A stretch of DNA of 64,000 nucleotides from Octopus vulgaris (GCA_951406725.2 OX597824.1:42904001-42968000); one strand, 5' to 3'. Shown: positions 12,405 to 28,260, counted from the stretch's first letter. The notes: generated by a model not told the origin, from the sequence alone. Program-made: numbers and translations.

Positions 12405-12518
12405 CCTGCTCGCTTTGCCTGGAGGGTGGCGTCATTTGAAGGCTAAAACAGTGTGAAGCGCATTGTAACCAGCGATGTGCAGCAACATCTGATGGCCTGG
12501 TCGGTCATGGTGATCACA

Positions 12519-12633
<115 letters not shown>

Positions 12634-12697
12634 GTGTGTGTGTGTGTGTGTGTGTAATCTAAATGATATATAAATATATGCATATATACATACATAT

Positions 12698-12960
12698 ATG
12701 GGTACAGGACATCAAAAAAAACGTTGAACACAATGAGACCAGCGAAAAAAACAATCAGAGAAACGAGACATGCAACATAAAGAATATTCCCCTTCATCAG
12801 TTGTTCCTGTTTTATCTACTCCGCGTTACGAAAGCAAGGACAATACGCGACTTCATTGAAACAGTCCTTCCCACAAAGCAAATTAAATAAAATTTGGGAT
12901 TTTTTGCGGAGGGTGAAAGAGGTAACAAGAACAGGACAGTGAGAACAAGACAGCAAAAAT
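12698..12960 (-). mobile_element. Penelope-like remnant, family P (divergent)
   Basis: Minus strand ...AACGCGGAGTAGA..CAACTGATGAAGGG...GATGTCCTGTACCC followed by (TA). Confidence 0.55.
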
Positions 12961-13564
12961 AAACTGTTTATATATATATATATATATACATATAAAGTAG
13001 TGTATGAATGTTTTTATTTATTTAAATGGGCGATACTACAATGCTATGATTGTGTCTGTTTATGTCTAAATTTCAATGCTCTATCTCAGAGCAGGTCTCT
13101 CGCCAAACAGGTAGAACCAAATCATACATAGTAATAGCTGTTATCCTACAATACGCTTCGGTCTTTTGTTTTGAGTTTACCGTTTCAATGTTAATTCCAC
13201 ATCCCGACAATATGTCTATTTTGGTTTCTGTTTATCCTTTCTGTTTTTTTCCGTTTTTTGTTGTCGTTTATTTATTTCGATTGTGTGTGTGTGTGCGCGC
13301 GCTTGTGTATGTGTGTGTGTGTCTAAGCACCATTCTGTGTTGTTTCTAGAGCTATCCTACTTCACCACATCCTCCATGTATCTGGCCGTTTATGAGTTCG
13401 TTTCTTTTTGATTACTTTTTCCCGATATGTTTGTTACTACTGTGGTTGTCGTTGTTGTTGCTGCTCGAAACACCCACACATAATTCCACCCCTTCCTTTT
13501 TTGCTATCATCTCTGATTACCACTAGGTACTCCGCCTCAACCCTCCATCAACAACAACAACAAC

Positions 13565-13596
<32 letters not shown>

Positions 13597-14100
13597 AAGA
13601 AACGAAAGCCTCTTTTTTAACACTTGCAGCGTCTGTACTACCCCACTACCACCACCAACACGACGACGACGACGACCACCAACACCACCACCACCGCCAC
13701 CACAACCACAGCCACCACTTCAACCATTACCCACCACCACAACCATTAACCACCACCACAAATACTACCGCCACCACAACCACCACTAAAACCACCCCTC
13801 AACCACCACCACCATTACTATCACTACCACTATCACCACCAGAGATTGCTGAACTTGGAATGTCCAACTTGAGAGAAATCGAAGTAAATTAAGGTGTATT
13901 AATTACATTAACGCAAGGAATCAATTGCTGCATTGATTAACATCACCTTCACCTTCAATGTCGTCATCATAGAGCCAAAGAAGAATCCTCTACGTAGACT
14001 TTCGACCCACTAGAAATAGCAGCTAAATCTTAAAACGTATCCTTTCTTTCACTGTCTGCTCCTTCGTACGGAAAAACGACCGCTGATAGGCGATGCTAAG

Positions 14101-14199
<99 letters not shown>

Positions 14200-14765
14200 A
14201 TCATTAGCAGACGGGGACTGTCTGGCAGGGGTATATTTTAATAAGCCTACTGACTATTTGCGACACCAGTGACTGAAGAGTCACTGTTATTCCATATATC
14301 GTTGACAGTGAGATTTGGCTAGTATTCGGTGAGAGAACACCCGTCACTGAGGAGGTCCAGTACGCTGAAATCACGTGATCTGGCAGTTCCGTGGCCATGT
14401 CAGACGGATCGCATCTGCTAACGATAAATGCTTGCGCTCTTAGCACCATACGTCTGTATGAGAGGATCTTCGAAGGCGAATACTGCAGTATTGCAGTATT
14501 AGGCGTTCTAATAATGCATCTACTTTGAGTAAGATATAAAGATTACGACTTGGTACTATTACAGCTTCCGTCGCTAATATTATTATAAAGCATTTTATTC
14601 ACTACTGCGTGATCTTGTCAATACACCGCAGTGAACTAGCCCCTATTTTATCGCCACCAAGAGGATGAAAGAAAAAATAACACTGGGTTCCATGTAATCG
14701 ACTAGACCGCCTCTCCACAAATTTCAGGTCTCGTGCCTTTAGCTGAAATAATAATAATAATAATA

Positions 14766-14835
<70 letters not shown>

Positions 14836-14897
14836 CAACAGCAACAACAATGATGATGATGATGATGATAATAATAATAATAATGATAATAATAATG

Positions 14898-15004
<107 letters not shown>

Positions 15005-15033
15005 CATCATCATCATCATCATCATCATTATTA

Positions 15034-15595
15034 TTGAGCGGGAGAGCAGTGCATGCCATCAAAGTGACACTGGGGTAAAATATACGAAGTCCAGAATACC
15101 CATCATGACTACCCGTCTGATAATGGTACACTAGGCACATGCATCACAACCATATGTGCGCGACATGGTGATCTCATATCAAGATAAACAGCACATGACC
15201 TTGCAGGTGGGTCCCAGTTAGAATTTTCTTCTGGTCGGGTAACCCATCCCGCTCAAAAGGTCCCTGAATAAGGATTGTTTAAGGATATTGAACGAAACAC
15301 CCATGTTTCCAGAGGTGAATTATTCAAACCCCAAAGAATCCCTCTCAACACATGGCTATGATGCTCCCCCACTACTTCTGCTCGTGATCAGAGATGCACA
15401 TATCGTCAGCCACTATGGGACATGCTCAACTGGTTAAGGTCAAACAACTGACCAGCAAATCTGTGGTATTGAGCAGAATATTTGCTGTAGCCCATCTTTT
15501 ATACCAATACAAAGCAATGTACATGATAACACTTCCAATCAGTTAAGATCAGAAACCACGAGAGCCACTGCCTGGTACTACATCAGGGCATTTAC
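15034..15595 (-). mobile_element. ~560-bp non-autonomous element D embedded in (TAA)n
   Basis: Multi-copy (15841, 54338, 55395, 60047); shared end (variants of ..CTCTCTCACTC) followed by (AAT)n; non-coding. Confidence 0.8.
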
Positions 15596-15596
15596 T

Positions 15597-15637
<41 letters not shown>

Positions 15638-15657
15638 TATTATTATTATTATTATCA

Positions 15658-15692
<35 letters not shown>

Positions 15693-15714
15693 GTCATTAT
15701 CATTATCATTATCA

Positions 15715-15820
<106 letters not shown>

Positions 15821-15840
15821 TATTATTATTATTATTATTA

Positions 15841-15900
15841 TTGAGTGAGAGAGCAGTTCATGCCATCAAAGTGACACTGGGGTAAAATATACGAAGCCCA

Positions 15901-15901
<1 letters not shown>
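15841..15901 (-). mobile_element. Element D, 5'-truncated to 60 bp
   Basis: gagtgagagagcagttcatgccatcaaagtgacactggggtaaaatatacgaagccc between (ATT)n tracts. Confidence 0.8.
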
Positions 15902-15969
<68 letters not shown>

Positions 15970-16630
15970 CATTATTATTATTATTATTATTATTTGAACT
16001 GGTCCAGAGTAACAGTCACTTGGACCGGCTTCTCTGAATCGTTGCCCAGCAACGCGTGTTTCTGAAGGTTTGTATATGTGTGTATGTGTGTACATACGCG
16101 CGAGTGATTATGTATTTAGACGTACGTATACGTGTGTGTAAATATTTGTGTGTGTGTGTGCATGTGTGTGTGTGTGTGCGCGCGCAATGGGGTAACACAA
16201 GAACAACTACAAACAAATTCGTAAAATAAGATAAATTAGTATGTCTTGATGAGGTTCAGAAGTCTGTGTGTGTGTGTATGTGTGTGTGTTCGCGCATGTT
16301 GTAGGAGGAGGGAGTGAGCATGCAGTATATTGTGGTGGTGTACAAGTGATGGCAGCGTGATAGAAGGAAAATATGACGTGGAGTGAAAGGTATGGTGGGG
16401 AGGAAGCATTAGAGAAAGTAAGAGATGTATACATAGAGCAGTAAGGGAGGGAATCACAGAGGCAAGATAGATAAAGGTTGAAAGAGAGAGAGAGAGAGGG
16501 GGGGAAGGAAGAAAGAGAAAGATATGTAAAGAGAAAAGAAAGAGTAGATAATCAAATAGGCTATAGTGAAAGAAAACACGTGTGTTTATATGTATATTTA
16601 AGTATGTATGCATGTATGTATGTATGTATG

Positions 16631-16664
<34 letters not shown>

Positions 16665-16823
16665 TGGATAGATGGTTTGCTGGAAGGATGGATGGATGGT
16701 TGGATGACTGGATGGCTGGATATATGTATGCATACATGTATGTATGATTACATGTGTGTAAGGTTGTATGTATGTATGCATATATGTTTGTATGTGTGTA
16801 TTTCATATATATATATATATACA

Positions 16824-19274
16824 TATCAAGTTCGCCTTGATATTAACTCTCACGCGACTCTGCACCTTTCTTTCTTTCTCTCCCATTCCCTTTTTCGTCT
16901 TTTTTCCCTCACTTAACTTGTCTCTTCCTCTCTCTCTCCCCCTCACTGTTCTTCATGGTCTCCTCGCACCATTCCCCTTCTTCTCTCTCTTCCTCTTGCT
17001 CCTCCTCCCCCATTCCCGTCGTCCATCTGCGACGTACTTCTGTCGTAACTGCTATCCCGTCCTTTCTCACCTGCCTTCTAAGGCCACTGGTCGACATCTT
17101 CCTCTCTCGTCGTCCACTATAATCCAGCGTTTGCAATACTTTTTTCGTCTGGCGTTAACAGCCCTTCTTATCTTGTTCTCCTTGTCTTGTCTCTCACTGT
17201 TATATATTTATTTTTCCACTGTTTATATATATATTTTTTACTGTTTATATGTTTGTACTGTCGTTACCGTCTTGCTTTTTTTACCCCTCTGCGACAAGAT
17301 CTCAGAATTTTAATTGATTTGCTTTTCGCAGGAAGGAATTTTTCATTCGAAGTATACGTCTCGCTTTTATCCTTCGAAACGTTTAGTAGATGAAACTTTA
17401 GCGACTGAAGAAGGGGATTTTTCGTTGTGCTTATTGTCCTGTATCTCCTTTTTTTTGCTTGTCTTGTTCCGTGGTTTGTGTCTATGTTTTTCGTCTCTCT
17501 ATGTGTTCGACGTCCTTTTGGTGTCCTGTACACATATATGCGTGTATATGTACATGTAGAGGTAGGTACGTACATATATGTTTATATATATGCATATATT
17601 TTATTAACATATATACGACTAAACGCACGCACCCTATTAAGTAAGATTGTTCTGTTTATCAAGTTCGCCTTGATATTAACTCTCACGCGACTCTGCACCT
17701 TTCTTTCTTTCTCTCCCATTCCCTTTTTCGTCTTTTTTCCCTCACTTAACTTGTCTCTTCCTCTCTCTCTCCCCCTCACTGTTCTTCATGGTCTCCTCGC
17801 ACCATTCCCCTTCTTCTCTCTCTTCCTCTTGCTCCTCCTCCCCCATTCCCGTCGTCCATCTGCGACGTACTTCTGTCGTAACTGCTATCCCGTCCTTTCT
17901 CACCTGCCTTCTAAGGCCACTGGTCGACATCTTCCTCTCTCGTCGTCCACTATAATCCAGCGTTTGCAATACTTTTTTCGTCTGGCGTTAACAGCCCTTC
18001 TTATCTTGTTCTCCTTGTCTTGTCTCTCACTGTTATATATTTATTTTTCCACTGTTTATATATATATTTTTTACTGTTTATATGTTTGTACTGTCGTTAC
18101 CGTCTTGCTTTTTTTACCCCTCTGCGACAAGATCTCAGAATTTTAATTGATTTGCTTTTCGCAGGAAGGAATTTTTCATTCGAAGTATACGTCTCGCTTT
18201 TATCCTTCGAAACGTTTAGTAGATGAAACTTTAGCGACTGAAGAAGGGGATTTTTCGTTGTGCTTATTGTCCTGTATCTCCTTTTTTTTGCTTGTCTTGT
18301 TCCGTGGTTTGTGTCTATGTTTTTCGTCTCTCTATGTGTTCGACGTCCTTTTGGTGTCCTGTACACATATATGCGTGTATATGTACATGTAGAGGTAGGT
18401 ACGTACATATATGTTTATATATATGCATATATTTTATTAACATATATACGACTAAACGCACGCACCCTATTAAGTAAGATTGTTCTGTTTATCAAGTTCG
18501 CCTTGATATTAACTCTCACGCGACTCTGCACCTTTCTTTCTTTCTCTCCCATTCCCTTTTTCGTCTTTTTTCCCTCACTTAACTTGTCTCTTCCTCTCTC
18601 TCTCCCCCTCACTGTTCTTCATGGTCTCCTCGCACCATTCCCCTTCTTCTCTCTCTTCCTCTTGCTCCTCCTCCCCCATTCCCGTCGTCCATCTGCGACG
18701 TACTTCTGTCGTAACTGCTATCCCGTCCTTTCTCACCTGCCTTCTAAGGCCACTGGTCGACATCTTCCTCTCTCGTCGTCCACTATAATCCAGCGTTTGC
18801 AATACTTTTTTCGTCTGGCGTTAACAGCCCTTCTTATCTTGTTCTCCTTGTCTTGTCTCTCACTGTTATATATTTATTTTTCCACTGTTTATATATATAT
18901 TTTTTACTGTTTATATGTTTGTACTGTCGTTACCGTCTTGCTTTTTTTACCCCTCTGCGACAAGATCTCAGAATTTTAATTGATTTGCTTTTCGCAGGAA
19001 GGAATTTTTCATTCGAAGTATACGTCTCGCTTTTATCCTTCGAAACGTTTAGTAGATGAAACTTTAGCGACTGAAGAAGGGGATTTTTCGTTGTGCTTAT
19101 TGTCCTGTATCTCCTTTTTTTTGCTTGTCTTGTTCCGTGGTTTGTGTCTATGTTTTTCGTCTCTCTATGTGTTCGACGTCCTTTTGGTGTCCTGTACACA
19201 TATATGCGTGTATATGTACATGTAGAGGTAGGTACGTACATATATGTTTATATATATGCATATATTTTATTAAC

Positions 19275-19279
<5 letters not shown>
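16824..19279 (+). repeat. Near-perfect tandem array, 833-bp unit x ~2.95 (Penelope-like family P unit)
   Basis: Identical ORFs recur at +833 offsets (16909/17742/18575; 17187/18020/18853); the unit has family-P features (CGAAACGTTTAGTAGA..GACTGAAGAAGGG..GTCCTGTAC). Confidence 0.95.
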
Positions 19280-19487
<208 letters not shown>

Positions 19488-19590
19488 TTGAGAGAAATGG
19501 TAAGACAACAAAAGAATGAAAGAGACCTCGATATTATGTAAATAAAGGAATTTATCTGTAAATATAATGTGACAATTATTCAGTAGCCAT

Positions 19591-19651
19591 GATAAAACTC
19601 CGAGTTTCGGATGTCGGGGCGCAAACCCACGCCGCCATCTCTTCAGTTATC
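19591..19651 (-). ncRNA. Minimal type-I hammerhead ribozyme
   Basis: GATAA CTGAAGA GATG..CATC C GAAAC TCGGA GTT TTATC; stem I GATAA/TTATC. Confidence 0.75.
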
Positions 19652-19659
19652 CGGCGATG

Positions 19660-19720
19660 GATAACTGAAGAAATGGCGGAGTGGATTTCCGCCCCGACAT
19701 CCGAAACTCGGAGTTTTATC
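19660..19720 (+). ncRNA. Minimal type-I hammerhead ribozyme
   Basis: GATAA CTGAAGA AATGGCGGAGTGGATTTCCGCCCCGACATCC GAAAC TCGGA GTT TTATC. Confidence 0.7.
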
Positions 19721-19752
19721 ATGGCTACTGAATAATTGTCACATATATCTAC

Positions 19753-19809
<57 letters not shown>

Positions 19810-19838
19810 TATAGATATATAGATATAGCTAGAAAGAG

Positions 19839-19906
<68 letters not shown>

Positions 19907-19907
19907 G

Positions 19908-19980
<73 letters not shown>

Positions 19981-19982
19981 TG

Positions 19983-20180
19983 AGGAAGGAATATAAAAGG
20001 AAAATAAGAAAGCCTCTAACACTGCAGAAATTTCTGTTTTAAAAACAAACAACCTTTGTATTTCAGGTGCAATGTCCCGTCTTCAGAAGGAGGACGGACC
20101 TTTGCACCTGAAATATACAGGTTTTTTGTCAAACTTTCTGTAGTGTTAGAAGCTTCATTTTCCTTTTTCGTTTCCTTCAA
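19983..20180. repeat. Imperfect palindrome (centre ~20088) with a degenerate hammerhead-like core
   Basis: tctaacactgcagaaa..tatttcaggtgcaa is mirrored by ttgcacctgaaata..tttctgtagtgttaga; minus strand reads CTGAAGA CGGG..CCT GAAA. Confidence 0.65.
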
Positions 20181-20195
20181 GCGAACTACAACGTT

Positions 20196-20226
<31 letters not shown>

Positions 20227-20871
20227 TGTTGTGTCTGGGGAGAGTCATTTTCTTTTTGTGCCTTATAATTTAACACACTCACCGGTAAAATTTCCACTTA
20301 TTATTTTTATTTTCCTATAATTTTCGTTGCGTCTTGCAACCTTCATATAAAGAATGTTGCAAACCGAATCCAAAAACGAACTATATATATATATATATCT
20401 TCATGTGTGTCTGTGTCTGTGTCTGTGTATGTATGTATGCATGTATGCATGCATGCATATATGTATGTATGTTATACTTTGTGTACATGTTACCTGTAGC
20501 ACCTGAGAGTGATCTGTTGCATGGTCGGGTCATCAGCGACTAAAATGGCAATCCCATCAAGCTTGCTTGGTGAGGAAGGTGATTGTAGGATACCCTGCAA
20601 GACGAAAGATAAGACATGTCAAAGCGCAGAAGAGCTCATGAGTAGTCAACGGCTATCCAATAGGTGCATATTTGTATGTATGCATGCATGTATGCGCAGG
20701 GACGTGGAAATACCTGGGTTGGTGTCCAGGCGCGCGGTTGGCCCACTGGGAGTGGGAGGCCCGTCTGTTGTTGTCACGACATCTCTTTCAGGAGAGGGAA
20801 ACTCTGAGAGAAAACCTGCAACACTGACAATATTTGATGATGTAGACTAGCTCTTCTTTTTGAGTTTATAT

Positions 20872-21052
20872 TGTCCATGTTCAGAGAGTGGGATTGGATT
20901 TGTGCAAATCCTTCCCCACTATAAAAATCATCATGCACAAGCATCACCTGAAAAAAAAAACCTATCATAAAAATGGCTGGTCATAGCCTTCGCATGTGTG
21001 GGACTTTCGATCAGGTGATAGCAATATTCGTACACGTGTTTGCAACCATCAT
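20872..21052. repeat. Unclassified interspersed repeat, second copy at 28832-28986
   Basis: Shared ccatgttca.agagtggg..ccccactataa.aaatcat..ccttcgcatgtgtgg.actttcgatc. Confidence 0.7.
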
Positions 21053-21199
21053 CTATGTACGTTTCTTATATTTTTTAATTATTATAAATCTTCCTCCGAG
21101 GAGGGAGCCGGTTTCTAACAAAGATACTAGGTTCCGTATGTATGCATGTATGTATGTATTATGCATGCATGTACATTTATCTATATATATATATGTATG

Positions 21200-21875
21200 T
21201 CCGTCCTGAGTATAGCATTTAACCGCATCCTGTAATGACGCTATGGTTCAGAAGTTCCAGGATATTGAGGTGTGTGGAACCACCTCTTAGCCACTACTGT
21301 TCCCAGGTCTACTCTGACCTGTACTAGTAGCATCTGTAAGGGTCCCAGCTATGGGTAGACTAACATATGAACGCCAGGGCGTAGTAATACTCCTATTGGT
21401 ATCCGATGGTGTAGTAAGCCCATGGGGAGTGAGGGAACCCTGGTCTTTGTTATAGCATTTCTCTAGGAGAAGAGCAACTGGTTTATAAAACCCGGATATC
21501 TTGCACTTAGCTGGTGTCTGTGTTCCTGAGCTGGCAGAATCGTTAGCACGCCGGGCGAAATGCGTAGCCGTATTTCGTCTGTCGTTACGTTGTGAGTTCA
21601 AATTCCGCTGAGGTGGACTTTGCCTTTCATCCTTTCGGGGTCGATAAATTAAGTACCAGTTACGCACTGGGGTCGATGTAATTGACTTAATACCTATGTC
21701 TGTCCTTGTTTGTCCCCTCTGTGTTTAGCCCCTTGTGGGTAATAAAGAAATAGGTATTGCTAGTGAGACTTGTTGTGGTGTTGTGCAAGCTACACTTAAC
21801 TTAAAAGACTTGCACGTGTATTGCTGATACCACTTGTCTGCGATGGTTATGTTCGTCTAACGAGTCGACAGCCAT
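21200..21875 (+). mobile_element. Probable non-autonomous RTE-derived element interrupted by a SINE C
   Basis: CTAGGAGAAGAGCAACTGGTTTATAAAACC resembles the RTE 5'UTR motif (a similar motif lies at ~20790); ends ..GAGTCGAC. Confidence 0.4.
21527..21758 (+). mobile_element. SINE family C with Tx1-like tail (type 2)
   Basis: gagctggcagaatcgttagcacgccggg head; GAGTTCAAATTCC B box; gcctttcatcctttcggggtcgataaattaagtaccag core; tail GCCCCTTGTGGGTAATAAAGAAA. Confidence 0.85.
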
Positions 21876-21920
21876 ATATGTATGTAGATACATACATAGT
21901 GCACTCTCTCTTTCTTTCTT

Positions 21921-21971
<51 letters not shown>

Positions 21972-22374
21972 TACATACAACTGTATACGTGTGAGTGGAC
22001 AAACGGAAGAAAACAGTTTGATTCAGCTCTATGTGACCTAAAGTTTTGCAGGCTTCTAACAGATAACCAATTTGGTAATCTGATCCTGAACGAGCTAATA
22101 TATATATATATAGGTTAGTCAAAAACGCTCACACAATAGGAAATAAACTTCTTCCTAAAAAAGGTTAGTAACATCCTGATAAAAGATTTTATAACATTAA
22201 AAAACCAAAAATTAAATCACCCTTACTCTTTAAAATTGAATTAAGTAATTTTCACAGACATTCAAATACACACACGCGCGTGCGCGCGCACACACACACA
22301 TATTATGGACTCTCCCGTCGTTGACAATGCATGAGAATCCGCATATCGCTGAACATTCACATACTCTTTTTTTT

Positions 22375-22842
<468 letters not shown>

Positions 22843-22914
22843 ACGATGATTTTTTTTTTATAGAAATTAAATGTTTGTGTCTACATAAGCTCACTCCCTC
22901 CATCAAATTGATAT

Positions 22915-23070
22915 TACCTGTACAGGTGCACAAGCCAGTTGTCGAACTGACCACAGAGCACTGTGAAATAAATTGTCTTGCTCAATAACTCAGCACACCG
23001 CCCAGTCTGCGAATCGAAACTACGATCTAGCAATCGTGAGTGCAACACCCTAACCGCTAGGCTATGCATC
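22915..23070 (-). mobile_element. tRNA-headed SINE fragment
   Basis: Minus strand: gcctagcggttagggtgttgcactcacgatt..gtttcgattcg..ttgagcaagaca. Confidence 0.7.
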
Positions 23071-23091
23071 ACCACATATACTATGTATATG

Positions 23092-23127
<36 letters not shown>

Positions 23128-23427
23128 TGTATGTATATACATATATATATGTGTATATATATAGTCTGGTAACTGGAGATTATAATCCATACCCTGGTTT
23201 CATACAACCTGTCTCTAACATAGTCGAACTGTTTTTTTCTCTTTCATGCTTACCATTGATGAACAGAGTACGTAACTCTGTGTCTCTGTCTCTGTACTTC
23301 TCTTTTTCTCTCTCTGTCTTTCTTTCTCTCTCTTACTCTCTCTCTCTCTCTCTCTCTGCTCGCTCTCACCGTCTCTTTGCCTCTTTCTATCTGCATATAT
23401 GAATACATCCATAATGGAGATGAAGAT

Positions 23428-23480
<53 letters not shown>

Positions 23481-23760
23481 GGATGAAAACATCAGCAAAA
23501 GTTTACACATCACTGATCTAATTGTAAGAAGAGAAATAAAAGAAAAAAATAATACACTTAAATATAACAAAAGTAAGTAAAAAAAAATATTCGTCGAAGA
23601 ACATAAAACAACATAAATGAAGAGAAATCAGGCGTGAAGCCAGAGGCGTCCATCTGTAACAAATAACATCTTTCTTTTTCCTTTCTCTCTTTTTCTCTTT
23701 CTTTCTTTCTTTCTTTCTCCCTTCCCTCCTCTTTTTTCTTTCTTGCTTTCTTTCTCTTTT

Positions 23761-23847
<87 letters not shown>

Positions 23848-23893
23848 CCCTTTCTGTATATACATTGTATATTTGTATGTATGTATGTATGTT

Positions 23894-23924
<31 letters not shown>

Positions 23925-24309
23925 GTACGTACGTATGTATACATATATGAATGAATGCTTGTATGTATGTATGTGTGTGTACGAACGTATGTATGTATGT
24001 ATGTATGTATGTATGTATGTATGTATGTATGTATGTATGTGTGTGTGTGTGTGTGCGTATGTATCTGCGTATGTATATATATATATATATTTAGACATAC
24101 GGTTAAACAGATAGACTGGATAGTTATGTAGATAGATCGACAGATATAAGCATACATAATGCAGGCAAACTAAATTATAAACATTCTTATGAGGATATAT
24201 ATATATAAGCATACATGCGCACACATGTGTTGCGCATGCTTGTGTGCGCGTGTCTAGAAGCGCGTGCGTGTGTGAGCGAGCATGTGTATGGGAATATGTT
24301 TATGTCGAG

Positions 24310-24340
<31 letters not shown>

Positions 24341-24521
24341 TGAATGTATATGCATACATGGACTCTCATACACACATATCAATAAAAATCCAACGAAGCA
24401 CATAGTCATTTAGTTAGACATATACCGTCTATATTATCGAAAACAAAGAGCTCAATCCAATTTACGAACAAAGATATATACACATATATTTGGAATGTAA
24501 TATATATATATATATATATAT

Positions 24522-24815
24522 AGGGAGCTTTATGAAAATAGACAAAAGACGAAGGCAGGTGGGAAACAAACAAACAATTGTATTAGTATGGCGCTCAGGA
24601 AATATAAATAAAACAAGTCTTTAACGTTTCGAGCCTACGCTCTTCAACAGAAAGATACACAGAGAGAAAAAAACACAGAAAGAAGGAGAGAAAAAAAATG
24701 CGTGCGGTAACTAACGAATCAACATGGCGATCTGATTTCGGCCAGAGGTCAAAGATCAAACATGAGACGCGAGAGCGAAATAAGGGGAGATAATAGGGTT
24801 GGTAATAGGGTTATA
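24522..24815 (-). mobile_element. Penelope-like terminal-repeat remnant with hammerhead; related copy at 43735-43875
   Basis: Shares ctttctgttgaagagcgtaggctc(g)aaacgt.aaagac...cacctg.cttcgtctttt with 43735; flanked by (TA)n. Confidence 0.7.
24618..24655 (-). ncRNA. Minimal type-I hammerhead (A6U core variant)
   Basis: TCTTT CTGTTGA A GAGC GTAG GCTC GAAAC GTT AAAGA; palindromic AACGTT. Confidence 0.65.
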
Positions 24816-24859
24816 TATATACCCATATATATATTCTTTCATTCTTTATTTTTTCCTTT

Positions 24860-25122
24860 TATTCTTTTATTTGTTTGAGTCATTTGACTGCGGCCACGCT
24901 GAAGCACCGCCTTTGGTCGAATAAATTGACTCCAGGACTTATTCTTTGTAAGCCTAGTACTTATTCCATCGTTTTTTCTTTTTTTGCCGAACCGCTAAAT
25001 TACTGGATATAAATACACCAACATCGGTTGTCAAGCGATGGTGGAGGGACAAAGACAGACAGACAGACACACACACACACACACATACACACACACACAC
25101 ATACACACACACACACATACAT

Positions 25123-25161
<39 letters not shown>

Positions 25162-25282
25162 CGACAAGCTTCTTTCAGCTTCTGTCTACCAAATCTACTT
25201 ACAATGTTTTGGTCGAAGACACTTGTCCAAGGTGCCATGCAGTGGGACTGAACCCGGAACCATGTGGTTAGTAAGCAAATTA
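24860..25282 (-). mobile_element. SINE family B
   Basis: Reverse complement of the family B consensus. Confidence 0.85.
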
Positions 25283-25372
25283 CTTACCACACAGCCACCC
25301 CTGCAACTATGTAATAATAACAATAACAACAATAACAACAACAACAACAACAATAATAATAATACTAATAAA

Positions 25373-26400
<1,028 letters not shown>

Positions 26401-26599
26401 GGCCACGACCAGACATGTTTCCAAAGAAGGTTGTAAACAGCATCACAGCAACACTTGTTTATAATTATCACCGTCATGGCAAGGATATAGTAACACGAGC
26501 ACACGTGTGTACATAGACCAATTAATCGTAGTTACTGTGTACACATGCGTGTGGTTGGATTCTTTCGATTTCCGTCTGCCAAATCCACTCAGGCTATTA

Positions 26600-27135
<536 letters not shown>

Positions 27136-27149
27136 ATTATTATTATTAC

Positions 27150-27182
<33 letters not shown>

Positions 27183-27208
27183 CATTATTATTATTATTGT
27201 TATTATTA

Positions 27209-27255
<47 letters not shown>

Positions 27256-27265
27256 CAAATGATAA

Positions 27266-27325
27266 TTTCTTTATTAACCACAAGGGTTTACATTAAGAAA
27301 AACATGGACAGGATAAAATAAAGAA
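27266..27325 (-). mobile_element. Tx1-type 3' terminus remnant
   Basis: Minus strand ACCCTTGTGGTTAATAAAGAAA next to (TAA)n. Confidence 0.5.
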
Positions 27326-27344
27326 TGTGCGTGTGTGGTGTGCG

Positions 27345-27900
27345 TTGTAACTCTTACCAAATATGTTGAGTGCCACTTTCTCTCGTTTGACCACTCACTC
27401 ATGTGTGTGTGTCTACATATAATATATATACATACATACATGCATACATGCATACATACATACATGCATACATGCATACATGCATACATACATACATACA
27501 TACATACATACATACATACATACATACATACAAGTGAATGGCCAAGGGAAAGAAAGTGGCACTTAATCCATTCGCTAAGAGTTACATATACTATTTAATA
27601 AGACTGATTCAGTTCCATGAAACTTTACAGTTTCACAAGCTCGTTCTACGAACCTAAGTCTTCAGGCAACAGGAAATAGAGTAACAGGATATAAGACTAA
27701 TCTAAGATGGCTCAGGCTTCTGTTGATCAACTCAAGTCACGTAATGTTATTTATTGGTTTAGAAGCGACATCAGTTACGTTCTTTGTTCTTTGGCCTCGT
27801 AGACAGGCAGCTCTCGCAGTTATATCTGGAAGCAGTGATAAGGTTTATTTAGCGACGTCAGTTTAAACCTATAAGTATTATAAACTTTCTATCCTAATAA
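27345..27900. mobile_element. Penelope-like remnant with a ~55-bp inverted end around (TACA)n and a degenerate hammerhead (27624-27668, minus)
   Basis: 27345-27400 is an imperfect reverse complement of 27532-27588; minus strand CTGAAGA CTT AGGTTCGT AGA ACGAGCTT GT GAAAC T GTA. Confidence 0.55.
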
Positions 27901-27964
27901 TGTGTCTGCCAAAACTGCTTTCAGCTGGTCAAAAAGAGATTGAGGGTAGTTGCACAAAAATCTC

Positions 27965-28260
27965 TTTCGTTGTGTCAAGAGGGACGAAAGCTTTGTGAAA
28001 ATTTTGCGTATGCCTCTGAACAGGTATCGCCAAGCCATTGGCAAAATTTGATGCAGATTCTCTGTTCAATTTTCTCTGTTATGGTTAATGCGAAGATCAC
28101 ACGCTACACACGTTCTCTCCAAGCACTGCTCGGAAGTGAGCTAGAAGTGAGCTAGAAGTGAGCTAGAAAGTTAGTGTACATGCACTAAGCGGCTTTAGTT
28201 TGTGTGCTTTACCTTTGTTATTATGCCAACAGTCCGGATACTTATTGATCAAACCACGTA
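27965..28260 (-). mobile_element. mariner-type transposon, 5' fragment
   Basis: TIR-like TACGTGGTTTGATCAATAAGTATCCGGACT; N-terminal TEKIEQRICIKFCQWLGDTCSEAY. Confidence 0.8.

Larger units (their letters stand above)
19553..19757. repeat. ~100-bp-arm palindrome made of two back-to-back hammerhead elements
   Basis: atgtgacaattattcagtagccatgataaaactccgagtttcggatgtcggggc is mirrored by gccccgacatccgaaactcggagttttatcatggctactgaataattgtcacat. Confidence 0.9.

Noticed and set aside
14266-14288. CAGTGACTGAAGAGTCACTG containing CTGAAGA
   Set aside because: It is a simple hairpin with no correctly placed GAAA/NUH module, so it is not a hammerhead.
17427-18979. Repeated 239-aa hydrophobic ORF that looks like a membrane protein
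   Set aside because: It arises from pyrimidine-rich low-complexity sequence in the 833-bp unit, spans the unit junction and has no recognisable motif.
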